From: Candidatus Nanosynbacter lyticus
Lineage (GTDB): Bacteria; Patescibacteriota; Saccharimonadia; Saccharimonadales; Saccharimonadaceae
Length of the DNA stretch: 32,000 nt
Assembly (NCBI RefSeq): GCF_000803625.1
Contig: NZ_CP007496.1
Span: forward strand, 30,001 to 62,000
Reading direction: 5' to 3'
Positions 24,379-32,000 of this stretch are shown piece by piece (within the stretch, counting starts at the first letter, position 1; each line of letters opens with the position of its first letter). The notes beneath the pieces are model-generated. The model worked only from the letters and a program-made list of their open reading frames with translations, made no database searches and had not been told where the DNA came from. The translations under genes were made by a program, and so were the position numbers.

Positions 24379-26913
24379 ATGAAACGTCTAGTGGTTATTG
24401 ATGGAAAATCGGTGTTTTACCGAGGTTATTATGCTATGCCGGGGCTCAGTACGGCGGACGGTACGCCGACTGGCGGGGTGTATGGGTTTGTGAGTTTGGC
24501 GATTGAGCTTATCAAGAAATTGGAGCCGGATTATGTGGTGGTGGCCTGGGACAAGCGCGGTACCAACATCCGTAAGCGGCGGGAATTATATCCAGAATAC
24601 AAGGCCGGTCGCAAGCCGGCGCCTGATGATTTTTATCAGCAAATTCCAATCTTGATGGAACTGCTGGATGCGTTTGGCTGGCCACTGTATGAACTGGATG
24701 ATTATGAGGCGGACGACATCATGGGTGCATTTGCCAAGCAAGCGGAGGCGCGTGGTGTGCAGACCTGTCTATTGACGTCCGATTTGGATGCGCTGCAATT
24801 GGTGTCGCCTCTCACCAAAGTCTATGCTATGAAAAATGGCCTGAGGAATATCGAGGAATTTACGGCAGAATATTTTGAACAAAAATATGGTATTCGGACG
24901 GACCAGTTTTTGGATTTGAAGGCGCTAAAAGGTGATTCTAGCGACAATTTGCCGGGTGTGCCGGGCGTTGGTGAAAAGACAGCGGTCAAATTATTGCAAG
25001 CATATGAAACATTGGACGGCGTGTACGCACATGTGGATGAGCAAAAAGGTGCTCTACGGACAAAGCTGGAGAACGGCCGTGAATCTGCGTACTTAACTAA
25101 GCAAGTGGCAGAAATCTGGACGGACGCGCCGGTGGAGCTGGACTGGGAGGTGGCGGATGTTAATGATTGCGATTTTGCTCGGGTGGCGGAGATTTTGCGG
25201 AAACTGGAGTTTCATTCGCTGATTGGGCGGCTGCCAAAGACAATGCAAGCGGTGGATGAGGTAGTGGAGACGGCGGAGTTAGAGTTGCCGCAGGTTGACA
25301 ATTTGCCAGCTGAGCCGCTGTTTGAAACAGAGAATATTATCTATATTGATCCATCGGAACCGGACACGGTCTATATTAATTCTAAGCCTGGTGTAGCGTG
25401 GCGGGCCAAGATGAGTGAAATTGGTCAACATGTTTGGCAACTGTTGGCGCAGGGCGTAGTAATCGCGGCGGACGTCAAGGATCTATATCATGCGCTGGAC
25501 GCTCACGGTGTGACGGTGCGGTTTCATGAGGTCTGGGATGTTGGACAGGCGGCGTTTTTGATCGATCCATTGAGGCGCGACCGCAGTTTAGCGGCACTGG
25601 CGGGCGATTTTTCTGAGGATGATTCCGCGTCGCGACAGCTGGCACGACTACGCCAGATTTACCGCCAGCAGCAGGATTATATGGCAGCGCATCAGCAAGT
25701 TGCTCGGGTGCTCCGTGAGTTTGATTTTCCAGTAATTTGGTCGCTGTTTCAGATGGAAAAGCGCGGCATGAAACTGGACACAGCGCTGCTTGAGCGGATG
25801 GGCGAGGAGCTGAGGGCGGAGGTGAGCCAACTTGAACAACAAATGTATGCGATGGCTGGGAGTGAGTTCAATGCTGCTAGTCCGGCGCAGCTGTCTGAGG
25901 TGCTATTCACCAAGTTGCAGCTGCCGACGACTGGTATCAAAAAAGGAAAAACTGGCTATTCGACAGGGCAAAAAGAGCTGGATAAACTGCGTGGCCAACA
26001 CCCGATTATTGAACTGATTGAGCGGTACCGGGAGCTTACTAAATTGATTAGCACCTACATTGAAGCGCTGCCGAAGTTGGTGGCCGCGGACGGGCGGATT
26101 CACACCACATTTAATCAAGACGTCACCAGCACTGGGCGGCTGAGCAGCGCAAATCCTAACCTACAGAATATTCCGGTGCGTACGGAATTGGGTCGGAAAA
26201 TTCGCCAGGCATTTGTACCGAATGAGGATAAGGTCTTCGTTGGCGCGGATTATTCACAATTTGAGCTGCGGTTGGCAGCGGTGCTGGCGGGCGATGAGCA
26301 GCTGATTAACGATTTTAATAGCGATGTGGATATTCATACTAAAACGGCGGCCGAGACCTACGGCGTGCCGATGAGCGAGGTGACAAAATTACAGCGCCGC
26401 GCGGCTAAGGTGATCAACTTTGGGGTGCTGTACGGCATGAGTCCGCACGGATTGGCGGCGGCCACTGGCATGACATTTACTGAGGCGAAACAGTTTATTG
26501 AACACTATTTTGCGGTGCGCCAACCAATCCGCCAATATCTGGATACAATTTTAGTTCAAGCGCGCGAACAAGGTTTTGTCGAGACTTATTTTGGCCGGCG
26601 GCGACCAACGCCTGACGTTAAGTCGAGCAATTTTATGGTGCGTTCGGCGGCCGAGCGGGCAGCGATGAATATGCCAATTCAGGGCACGGAAGCTGATTTG
26701 ATGAAGCTGGCGATGATTCGACTGGAGGATAAATTAGCCGGGTTGGCTGAGCCGGTTCTACAAGTCCACGACTCGATTTTGGTGGAGTGTCGGCCAGAAG
26801 ACGCTGAGCGGGTCAGCGAAATAATGCGTGCGGAGATGGAAGGAATTTGTCCAGATCTGCCAATTAAATTAAAAGTTGACGTCGGCATGGGTGCTCATTG
26901 GGATGAAGTGTAG
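24379..26913 (+). CDS. polA: DNA polymerase I
   Basis: The 5' nuclease domain (VIDGKSVFYRGYYA, GDSSDNLPGVPGVGEKTA) is followed by family A polymerase motifs (DYSQFELRLAA, RRAAKVINFGVLYG, LQVHDSILVE). The central 3'-5' exo-like region lacks a recognisable DxE Exo I motif (IYIDPSEPD), so proofreading is probably absent. Confidence 0.95.
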   Translation: MKRLVVIDGKSVFYRGYYAMPGLSTADGTPTGGVYGFVSLAIELIKKLEPDYVVVAWDKRGTNIRKRRELYPEYKAGRKPAPDDFYQQIPILMELLDAFGWPLYELDDYEADDIMGAFAKQAEARGVQTCLLTSDLDALQLVSPLTKVYAMKNGLRNIEEFTAEYFEQKYGIRTDQFLDLKALKGDSSDNLPGVPGVGEKTAVKLLQAYETLDGVYAHVDEQKGALRTKLENGRESAYLTKQVAEIWTDAPVELDWEVADVNDCDFARVAEILRKLEFHSLIGRLPKTMQAVDEVVETAELELPQVDNLPAEPLFETENIIYIDPSEPDTVYINSKPGVAWRAKMSEIGQHVWQLLAQGVVIAADVKDLYHALDAHGVTVRFHEVWDVGQAAFLIDPLRRDRSLAALAGDFSEDDSASRQLARLRQIYRQQQDYMAAHQQVARVLREFDFPVIWSLFQMEKRGMKLDTALLERMGEELRAEVSQLEQQMYAMAGSEFNAASPAQLSEVLFTKLQLPTTGIKKGKTGYSTGQKELDKLRGQHPIIELIERYRELTKLISTYIEALPKLVAADGRIHTTFNQDVTSTGRLSSANPNLQNIPVRTELGRKIRQAFVPNEDKVFVGADYSQFELRLAAVLAGDEQLINDFNSDVDIHTKTAAETYGVPMSEVTKLQRRAAKVINFGVLYGMSPHGLAAATGMTFTEAKQFIEHYFAVRQPIRQYLDTILVQAREQGFVETYFGRRRPTPDVKSSNFMVRSAAERAAMNMPIQGTEADLMKLAMIRLEDKLAGLAEPVLQVHDSILVECRPEDAERVSEIMRAEMEGICPDLPIKLKVDVGMGAHWDEV

Positions 26914-26918
26914 AAATA

Positions 26919-26933
26919 TGGTATAATTACGCC
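26919..26933 (+). promoter_or_regulatory. Extended -10 promoter placed for a leaderless mRNA of the 214-aa gene
   Basis: TGgTATAAT (26919-26927)-tacgcc-ATG(26934). Confidence 0.5.
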
Positions 26934-27578
26934 ATGAAATACACCCAGCGACGCAATTCATTTTCTCGATTTGTACCAATCTTGCTAGTTATTGTCATTA
27001 CTATTGTGGCAGTGGCGGCGGTTATTGCAATTGGTCGAGCTTTATTTGGTAAAAATGATTCAGGACAAGCAGATCAGAATGTTAATACGGGTCAAGTTGC
27101 GCTGCTGTCAACAGAGGAAGGCAGTGCGGTGCGGTTAACAGTTCGTGGCCCAATTGTAGCTAATGAGAATTTTCGATCGTATAGTGTTGTTATCTCGCCA
27201 AGTTCTCGTGATATGACAACATACGAAGGTTATTTGGATAAAGAAATTAATCAGAAAAAATTAGACAACAATGTGAAGGCTTATGCGGAGTTGGTCTATG
27301 CGCTTGATAAGCGGAAAATGATGAATGGTACGCAACTTACTGAACAACAAAACGATTTACGCGGCATCTGTGCTAGTGGTAAAGTGTATAAATTTGAGAC
27401 ACTGAAGGATAATTCAGTCGTGAAGAGTTTATGGACGTCGGATTGTAGTGGCTCTAAGGGTTCGGCGCAGGCAAATGTTAATGAAATCTTAGATATGTTT
27501 TTGAAGCAAATTCCTGACGGCAAGAAGATGGCGGCTGGTATTGGTCTTAGTCAGGAAGAGGCGTTGTTTAAGTTATAG
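26934..27578 (+). CDS. Hypothetical N-terminally membrane-anchored protein
   Basis: 214 aa. One TM (FVPILLVIVITIVAVAAVIAI) is followed by a soluble domain with two Cys residues. Confidence 0.6.
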   Translation: MKYTQRRNSFSRFVPILLVIVITIVAVAAVIAIGRALFGKNDSGQADQNVNTGQVALLSTEEGSAVRLTVRGPIVANENFRSYSVVISPSSRDMTTYEGYLDKEINQKKLDNNVKAYAELVYALDKRKMMNGTQLTEQQNDLRGICASGKVYKFETLKDNSVVKSLWTSDCSGSKGSAQANVNEILDMFLKQIPDGKKMAAGIGLSQEEALFKL

Positions 27579-27585
27579 GATTGAT

Positions 27586-28554
27586 ATGCCGGAACTACCT
27601 GAAGTTGAGACAGTGCGCCGCGGTTTGGCAGATTTACTGCCTGGCCAATCTGTAGTGCGAGCAAAAGTTTTTGACTCACCGAAGAGTTTTCCAAATTCGC
27701 CTGCTGATGTTGAGAAGTTTTTATACGGTGCGCGTGTAAGGGCGGTGCGACGGCGAGCAAAAGTATTAATGATTGATCTAGATACTAACTACTCGCTGGT
27801 AATTCATTTGAAGATGACAGGGCAACTTATTTTTCGTCAGGACTCTCGTCATGCTGCTCGGATATCCTCAAAAATATCTCGGGACCCACGTAAAGTTTCC
27901 CAAGATTCTTCTGGGGATACTACTCGCAACGTTGGAGAATTTGCTGGTGGTCATCCAAATGATAGTTTGATTGGCGAGTTACCTGATCGATCGACGCGAG
28001 TGCAGATTGATTTTGTGGATGGGTCGCGACTATTTTTTAACGATCAGCGCAAATTTGGTTGGATGAAGTTGCTGCCGACTGATGAGATAAAGAATCTGCC
28101 ATTTATGAAAAAAGTTGGACCAGAGCCTCTTGAGAAGGCAACTCGTGCTGAAGATTTTATTAAGCGGATTCGTCGTCGCCAAAATTCGATGATTAAGCCG
28201 GCATTTCTTGATCAGGCGGTAATTGCTGGGGTGGGTAATATTTACGCTGACGAGGCTTTGTGGGCAGCAAAAATTCACCCTCAAACTCGAGTGAGAAATG
28301 TTGGTGACGAGCAGCTGGCAACTTTATTTAATGAGTTGCGCCAGATTTTGCAATTAAGCATTGACCAGGGTGGTTCAACGGATAAAAATTATGTTGATGC
28401 TGAAGGTCGGAGGGGTAATTATCTGAAGTTTGCCCATGTATTTCGTCGGGAAGGCCAGCCGTGCCATCTTCATCCTGACCAGGAAATTGTGAAATTAAAA
28501 GTTTCTGGCCGTGGGACGCATGTTTGTCCGGTGTGTCAGGTAGAGGCAGAATGA
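27586..28554 (+). CDS. mutM: Formamidopyrimidine-DNA glycosylase (Fpg/MutM) with an internal insertion
   Basis: It has the catalytic N-terminus MPELPEVE, the H2TH region (GVGNIYADEALWAAKIHP) and a C-terminal zinc finger CHLH...CPVC. The tracked start at 27541 overlaps the upstream gene. Confidence 0.9.
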   Translation: MPELPEVETVRRGLADLLPGQSVVRAKVFDSPKSFPNSPADVEKFLYGARVRAVRRRAKVLMIDLDTNYSLVIHLKMTGQLIFRQDSRHAARISSKISRDPRKVSQDSSGDTTRNVGEFAGGHPNDSLIGELPDRSTRVQIDFVDGSRLFFNDQRKFGWMKLLPTDEIKNLPFMKKVGPEPLEKATRAEDFIKRIRRRQNSMIKPAFLDQAVIAGVGNIYADEALWAAKIHPQTRVRNVGDEQLATLFNELRQILQLSIDQGGSTDKNYVDAEGRRGNYLKFAHVFRREGQPCHLHPDQEIVKLKVSGRGTHVCPVCQVEAE

Positions 28555-29450
28555 TCTATCTTCTTTATGGTGAAAATGAGTTTGAAAAGCGAGCAGCGCT
28601 AGCAGAGTTGATTGGCGGTGAGAACGTGGAGCGTCACGATGGCGAGAGTCTGTCGCTAAATGGTATGCAGGAAATAGCAATCGGTCAAACATTATTTATG
28701 GATTCCTCAAGATACTTGATTTCGAGATTAAGTGAAAATAATGAAGTTTGGTCGCAACTACCAGATATGAAGTTTGATGAAGATCGGACAATTATTCTGG
28801 TAGAAGATAAAATTGACAAGCGAACAAAAACCTACAAATGGCTTCAAAAAAATGCTCAGGTTAGAGAGTTTTTACCGTTAAGCGAGCGCCAAAAGTCACA
28901 ACTTTTAAAGTGGTGCCAAGCAGAGGTAAAAAATCGTGGATATGATTTAACGAATCAGCAGGCGGAGATAATTGTTGGCCGCTTAGGGTTTGATCAGTTG
29001 CGATTGAGTAATTTTCTGGATCAGCTAGCGTTAGCGGAGGACGTTACAGATGAATTGATTGATGATTTCATTCCGCTGGCGCGAGCAGAAAACGTATTTG
29101 ATTTGTTCGTTTCGGTGCTAGCAGGAGACCGCGATAAAGTTCACGACATAATTGGCTATCTGGAGTCGGAAAGTGGCATTGATGGTGCTTATCAGACAAT
29201 GGGATTATTAGCCTCTCAGGCAACCAATTTGACGGCGTTAATTTTAGCGGATGGTGATAGTGGTGCGGTGGCATCAGATTTTTCTGTTAATCCGTATGTT
29301 TTACGGCGATTGGCCTCATTGTCAAAAGGTATTGATAAAAAGCGGTTGAGGCGAATTAACGAGGCTTTATTTAGGGCTGATTTACAGATGAAAACAACCT
29401 CGGTCAATCCGTGGCTTCTTATAGAGGTGGCTTTGGCTGACATCGGCTAG
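28551..29450 (+). CDS. holA: DNA polymerase III delta subunit (HolA)
   Basis: MIYLLYGENEF..., a length of about 300 aa and a HolA-like domain layout. The ATG overlaps the mutM stop (ATGA). Confidence 0.7.
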   Translation: MIYLLYGENEFEKRAALAELIGGENVERHDGESLSLNGMQEIAIGQTLFMDSSRYLISRLSENNEVWSQLPDMKFDEDRTIILVEDKIDKRTKTYKWLQKNAQVREFLPLSERQKSQLLKWCQAEVKNRGYDLTNQQAEIIVGRLGFDQLRLSNFLDQLALAEDVTDELIDDFIPLARAENVFDLFVSVLAGDRDKVHDIIGYLESESGIDGAYQTMGLLASQATNLTALILADGDSGAVASDFSVNPYVLRRLASLSKGIDKKRLRRINEALFRADLQMKTTSVNPWLLIEVALADIG

Positions 29451-29456
29451 CATAAA

Positions 29457-29481
29457 AACACCCCAGATAGACTGGAGTGTT
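29457..29481 (-). terminator. Hairpin terminator downstream of rpsT
   Basis: AACACCCCAG / CTGGAGTGTT pair at 9 of 10 positions with the 5-nt loop ataga. On the minus strand the hairpin is followed by TGTTTTTATG. Confidence 0.55.
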
Positions 29482-29502
29482 ATAAGAAAAATAACTAATG
29501 AA

Positions 29503-29871
29503 TTACTTTGTAGTTTTCTTGGCAGCCGACTTCTTTGCCGGAGCCTTTTTAGCTGTAGTTTTCTTAGCAGTTGCTGGTTTTTTAGTGGCAGCTGGCTTGA
29601 CAGCTGGCTTTTTGGCAGCTTCTAAAGTAACACCTGCTTTTTTAGCAATTTTGCTCAACGCGCTTTTTCGGCGAGCAGCAGTATTCTTTTTAATCAGGCC
29701 CTTTTTAACAGCGGCGTCGATTTCACTTTGAGCTGCAGAAAGTGTCTTGGCGCTTGGGGCTGCAGAGAAAGCCTTAACGGCAGTCTTGATATCTTTTTTA
29801 ATGCCGATATTGCGTTCACGGCGTTTTAGAGTTTGTTTAGCGCGCTTGATGGCGGATTTGATTATTGGCAT
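29503..29871 (-). CDS. rpsT: 30S ribosomal protein S20 with a ~40-aa Lys/Ala/Pro/Thr-rich C-terminal extension
   Basis: MPIIKSAIKRAKQTLKRRERN...KGLIKKNTAARRKSAL is colinear with S20. The SD AAGGAG lies 6 nt upstream, and TTTACA-17-TATAAT lies further upstream. Confidence 0.9.
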   Translation of the reverse strand: MPIIKSAIKRAKQTLKRRERNIGIKKDIKTAVKAFSAAPSAKTLSAAQSEIDAAVKKGLIKKNTAARRKSALSKIAKKAGVTLEAAKKPAVKPAATKKPATAKKTTAKKAPAKKSAAKKTTK

Positions 29872-30030
29872 GTTACTCCTTTACCTCTATAGATTTGTAT
29901 CGCTAATCAGGAAGAATTATACAGAAAACAGTGCAAATTGTAAAGAGGCGGTACAGATATTGACTTTATGGTAGTGCTTATGGTATAGTGATGCCAAGCG
30001 TAATTACAAAAAACAAACATAGGAAAAGTC

Positions 30031-31728
30031 ATGTCAAACGGATCAGCAAAACAAAAAGTAGTCCAGAGCATCAAGGATGTAACTAATATTTTGGTGACGG
30101 TCAGCTCCAGTCCGTCAGTCGATGAATTATCGGCAGCATTAGGATTGACGATTTTCCTTAACAAACTTGGCAAACACGCTACAGCGGTGTTTAGTGGTGA
30201 TATTCCGCCAGCTATTACTTTTCTTAATCCTGATAAAACGTTTGAGCAGACAACAGATTCTTTACGTGATTTTATTATTGCCTTAGATAAGGAAAAGGCT
30301 GACCATTTGCGCTATAAACTTGTTGATGATGCGGTGAAGATCTTTATTACGCCATACCGAACGACGATTTCTGACAAAGATTTAGAATTCTCACAGGGTG
30401 ATTATAATGTTGAGTTAGTTTTGGCGTTGAATGTTGAGAATAGTGAAAGTATTGATACAGCGTTAACGGCACACGGTAAGATTTTGCATGATGCTACGGT
30501 TATCTCGATAACAGCGGGCGACGTAAAGAGCGGCTTGGGGTCGATTGATTGGCATGAGGGTAGTACTAGTGGCGTAAGTGAGATGATTGTTGAACTGATT
30601 AATGACTTGAAGACGCCGAAGGTAACTTTGGATGAACAGATGGCAACCGCACTGTTGACGGGAATTGTGGCCGTTACTGAGCGCTTTAGTAATGACAATA
30701 CTTCATCAAAGGTTATGACTACTGCAGCAGAACTGATGGCAGCAGGGGCAAATCAGCAATTAGTAATATCAAAGATTGCCGAGAGCGAGACAGAAGATAA
30801 GCCTAAGGAAATTGAACAAGTTAAAAAAGAAGTTCCAGCCAAAGACAAAGATGATTCATCCGAAGATAAGGCAGATGAAGTAGAGGAAGCCGAAGAATCA
30901 GAGCAGGCAGACGGAACGTTGTCAATTAGCCACGAAAAGAAGGGTGACGTTGATGAAGTAGCTGAGCAGACGGTAAAAGAAAAGCAGGAAGAGTCTGCTA
31001 GGGTTGCTGAAGAGAAATTAGCCAACATTAAGCCGATTAAGGAAGAAGTTCGAGTAGAGGAAGAGGAGCCTAGCGAAAAAATAGTCGCCAAAGAGCTTTC
31101 CTTTGAGGAAACGCCATTGATGGGTGGCACGCTAAATGCGACTACTACGCAGGCTGCCGAGGATAAGATAAGGGCGCTAGCTAGTGACCAGAATAAGACC
31201 ATCTTAACTCATAGTAAGTATGTGGGTGATAGCACACCATCATTTGGCGACACGCCGTTGAATGCGGCTATGGGGGCTTCTGACGAACCGCCAAAAATTG
31301 ACCCATTTGCTACAACTAACGCTGAACAAAGATTGTCGACAATACCTGTTGCTCCTCAATCTGATGAGTCAATTATTGCGGCAATTACCAATGATACAAA
31401 CCAACTAAGCGCGCCGGTAGCCGTAGAGCCAAATCAAGTTAGTGTCTCTCCTGAGCCTGTTCTAGCTGCTCCGTTACAACCTGAGAATACGGCTAACGAG
31501 ATTTCTTTACCGATGCCACCAGCAATTCCAGATTTTAGTGCACTGCCACCAATGCCACCAGCGCCAACCGGTGTTGATACCGCTGGATTACCGCAACTTT
31601 CGCCACTAGGCGTAGCGCCTGAACCGGTAGCTGCTGAAGTAGCTCCAGCACCGGCGCTGCCGACTCAGCCAATTCAAAATACCGGGGAATTTAATCCAGG
31701 TCAATTCCAGATTCCAGGGCAAAAATAG
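30031..31728 (+). CDS. Degenerate DHH-domain protein with a long acidic and proline-rich disordered C-terminal half
   Basis: The N-terminal ~230 aa follow the DHH phosphoesterase layout with altered motifs (VSSSPSVDELSAALGL, IDWHEGSTSGVSEMI). A Glu/Lys-rich linker and a Pro/Ala-rich tail follow. The promoter is TTGACT-18-TGgTATAGT and the SD is AGGAAAAG. Confidence 0.6.
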   Translation: MSNGSAKQKVVQSIKDVTNILVTVSSSPSVDELSAALGLTIFLNKLGKHATAVFSGDIPPAITFLNPDKTFEQTTDSLRDFIIALDKEKADHLRYKLVDDAVKIFITPYRTTISDKDLEFSQGDYNVELVLALNVENSESIDTALTAHGKILHDATVISITAGDVKSGLGSIDWHEGSTSGVSEMIVELINDLKTPKVTLDEQMATALLTGIVAVTERFSNDNTSSKVMTTAAELMAAGANQQLVISKIAESETEDKPKEIEQVKKEVPAKDKDDSSEDKADEVEEAEESEQADGTLSISHEKKGDVDEVAEQTVKEKQEESARVAEEKLANIKPIKEEVRVEEEEPSEKIVAKELSFEETPLMGGTLNATTTQAAEDKIRALASDQNKTILTHSKYVGDSTPSFGDTPLNAAMGASDEPPKIDPFATTNAEQRLSTIPVAPQSDESIIAAITNDTNQLSAPVAVEPNQVSVSPEPVLAAPLQPENTANEISLPMPPAIPDFSALPPMPPAPTGVDTAGLPQLSPLGVAPEPVAAEVAPAPALPTQPIQNTGEFNPGQFQIPGQK

Positions 31729-31731
31729 TTG

Positions 31732-32000
31732 ATGGATGAAGTCATTCTTATAGATAAGCCACAAGGTTTGACTAGCTTTGGGGTGGTGGCGCGCTTGCGA
31801 CGAGTTTTATCTAATCAAGCGGGTAAGAAAGTGAAAGTTGGCCACACGGGTACGCTTGATCCGTTTGCGACAGGATTAATGATTATTGTGACAGGAAAGA
31901 AATGTCGGGAAGCCGAGACGTTTACTAAGCTAGATAAATGGTATGAGGCGGAGATTGTCTTAGGAGAGAAAAGCTCGACGGGTGATCCTGAGGGCGAAAT
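31732..32000 (+). CDS. truB: tRNA pseudouridine(55) synthase TruB, N-terminal 89 aa (continues beyond the window)
   Basis: Hand translation gives MDEVILIDKPQGLTSFGVVARLRR...VGHTGTLDPFATGLMIIV, which includes the catalytic Asp motif. An in-frame TTG at 31729 is the alternative start. Confidence 0.85.
   Translation, partial: MDEVILIDKPQGLTSFGVVARLRRVLSNQAGKKVKVGHTGTLDPFATGLMIIVTGKKCREAETFTKLDKWYEAEIVLGEKSSTGDPEGE

Noticed and set aside
29498-29731. 77-aa hydrophobic, membrane-protein-like ORF on the + strand
   Set aside because: It is the antisense of the Lys/Ala-rich S20 tail (AAG/GCN codons read backwards give Phe/Leu/Ala). It has no independent start signals.
1-32000. CRISPR arrays, rRNA genes, transposases, alternative genetic code
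   Set aside because: No regularly spaced direct repeats or rRNA-like segments were seen. TGA closes conserved proteins at their expected C-termini (mutM, dnaG, helicase, orn), which argues against a UGA-recoded lineage.

Overview
This is a housekeeping-dense chromosomal window from a small-genome bacterium. My guess is a CPR/Patescibacteria (Saccharibacteria-like) lineage, which is inference only. TGA terminates conserved proteins, so the code is the standard code 11. I call about 31 protein genes and one tRNA. In order: murE (partial), murF (convergent with murE), CIRCE-controlled groES-groEL, an acidic orphan, PGI/PMI-type sugar isomerase, a MacB/FtsX-type ABC permease and ATPase, tRNA-Ser(GGA), an AT-rich orphan islet, nrdA-nrdB plus a PNPOx-like gene, two acidic mini-ORFs, argS, mscL, a DEAH/HA2 helicase, orn-yjbR, a membrane orphan, dnaG-rpoD, a P-loop kinase, an orphan, polA, a membrane-anchored orphan, mutM-holA, rpsT, a degenerate DHH-domain protein and truB (partial). 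I saw no rRNA, CRISPR array, transposase or integrase. The most interesting signals are these. (1) The RNR locus has a class Ic-type NrdB (Phe at the radical-Tyr site, Glu as first metal ligand) and an NrdA with no C-terminal cysteine pair. A 57-aa mini-protein ending in CDGCE has a promoter and tandem operator that is an architectural copy of the nrdA one, with NrdR-box-like palindromes 32 bp apart. (2) At least nine genes have a (TGn)TAnAAT -10 box 6-7 nt upstream of the ATG, which implies leaderless mRNAs, and these sit alongside classic GGAGG-led genes. (3) All four zinc ligands of the DnaG zinc ribbon are substituted. (4) A roughly 1.6-kb AT-rich islet lies next to tRNA-Ser. All calls come from reading the sequence and recalling family motifs; no searches were run.
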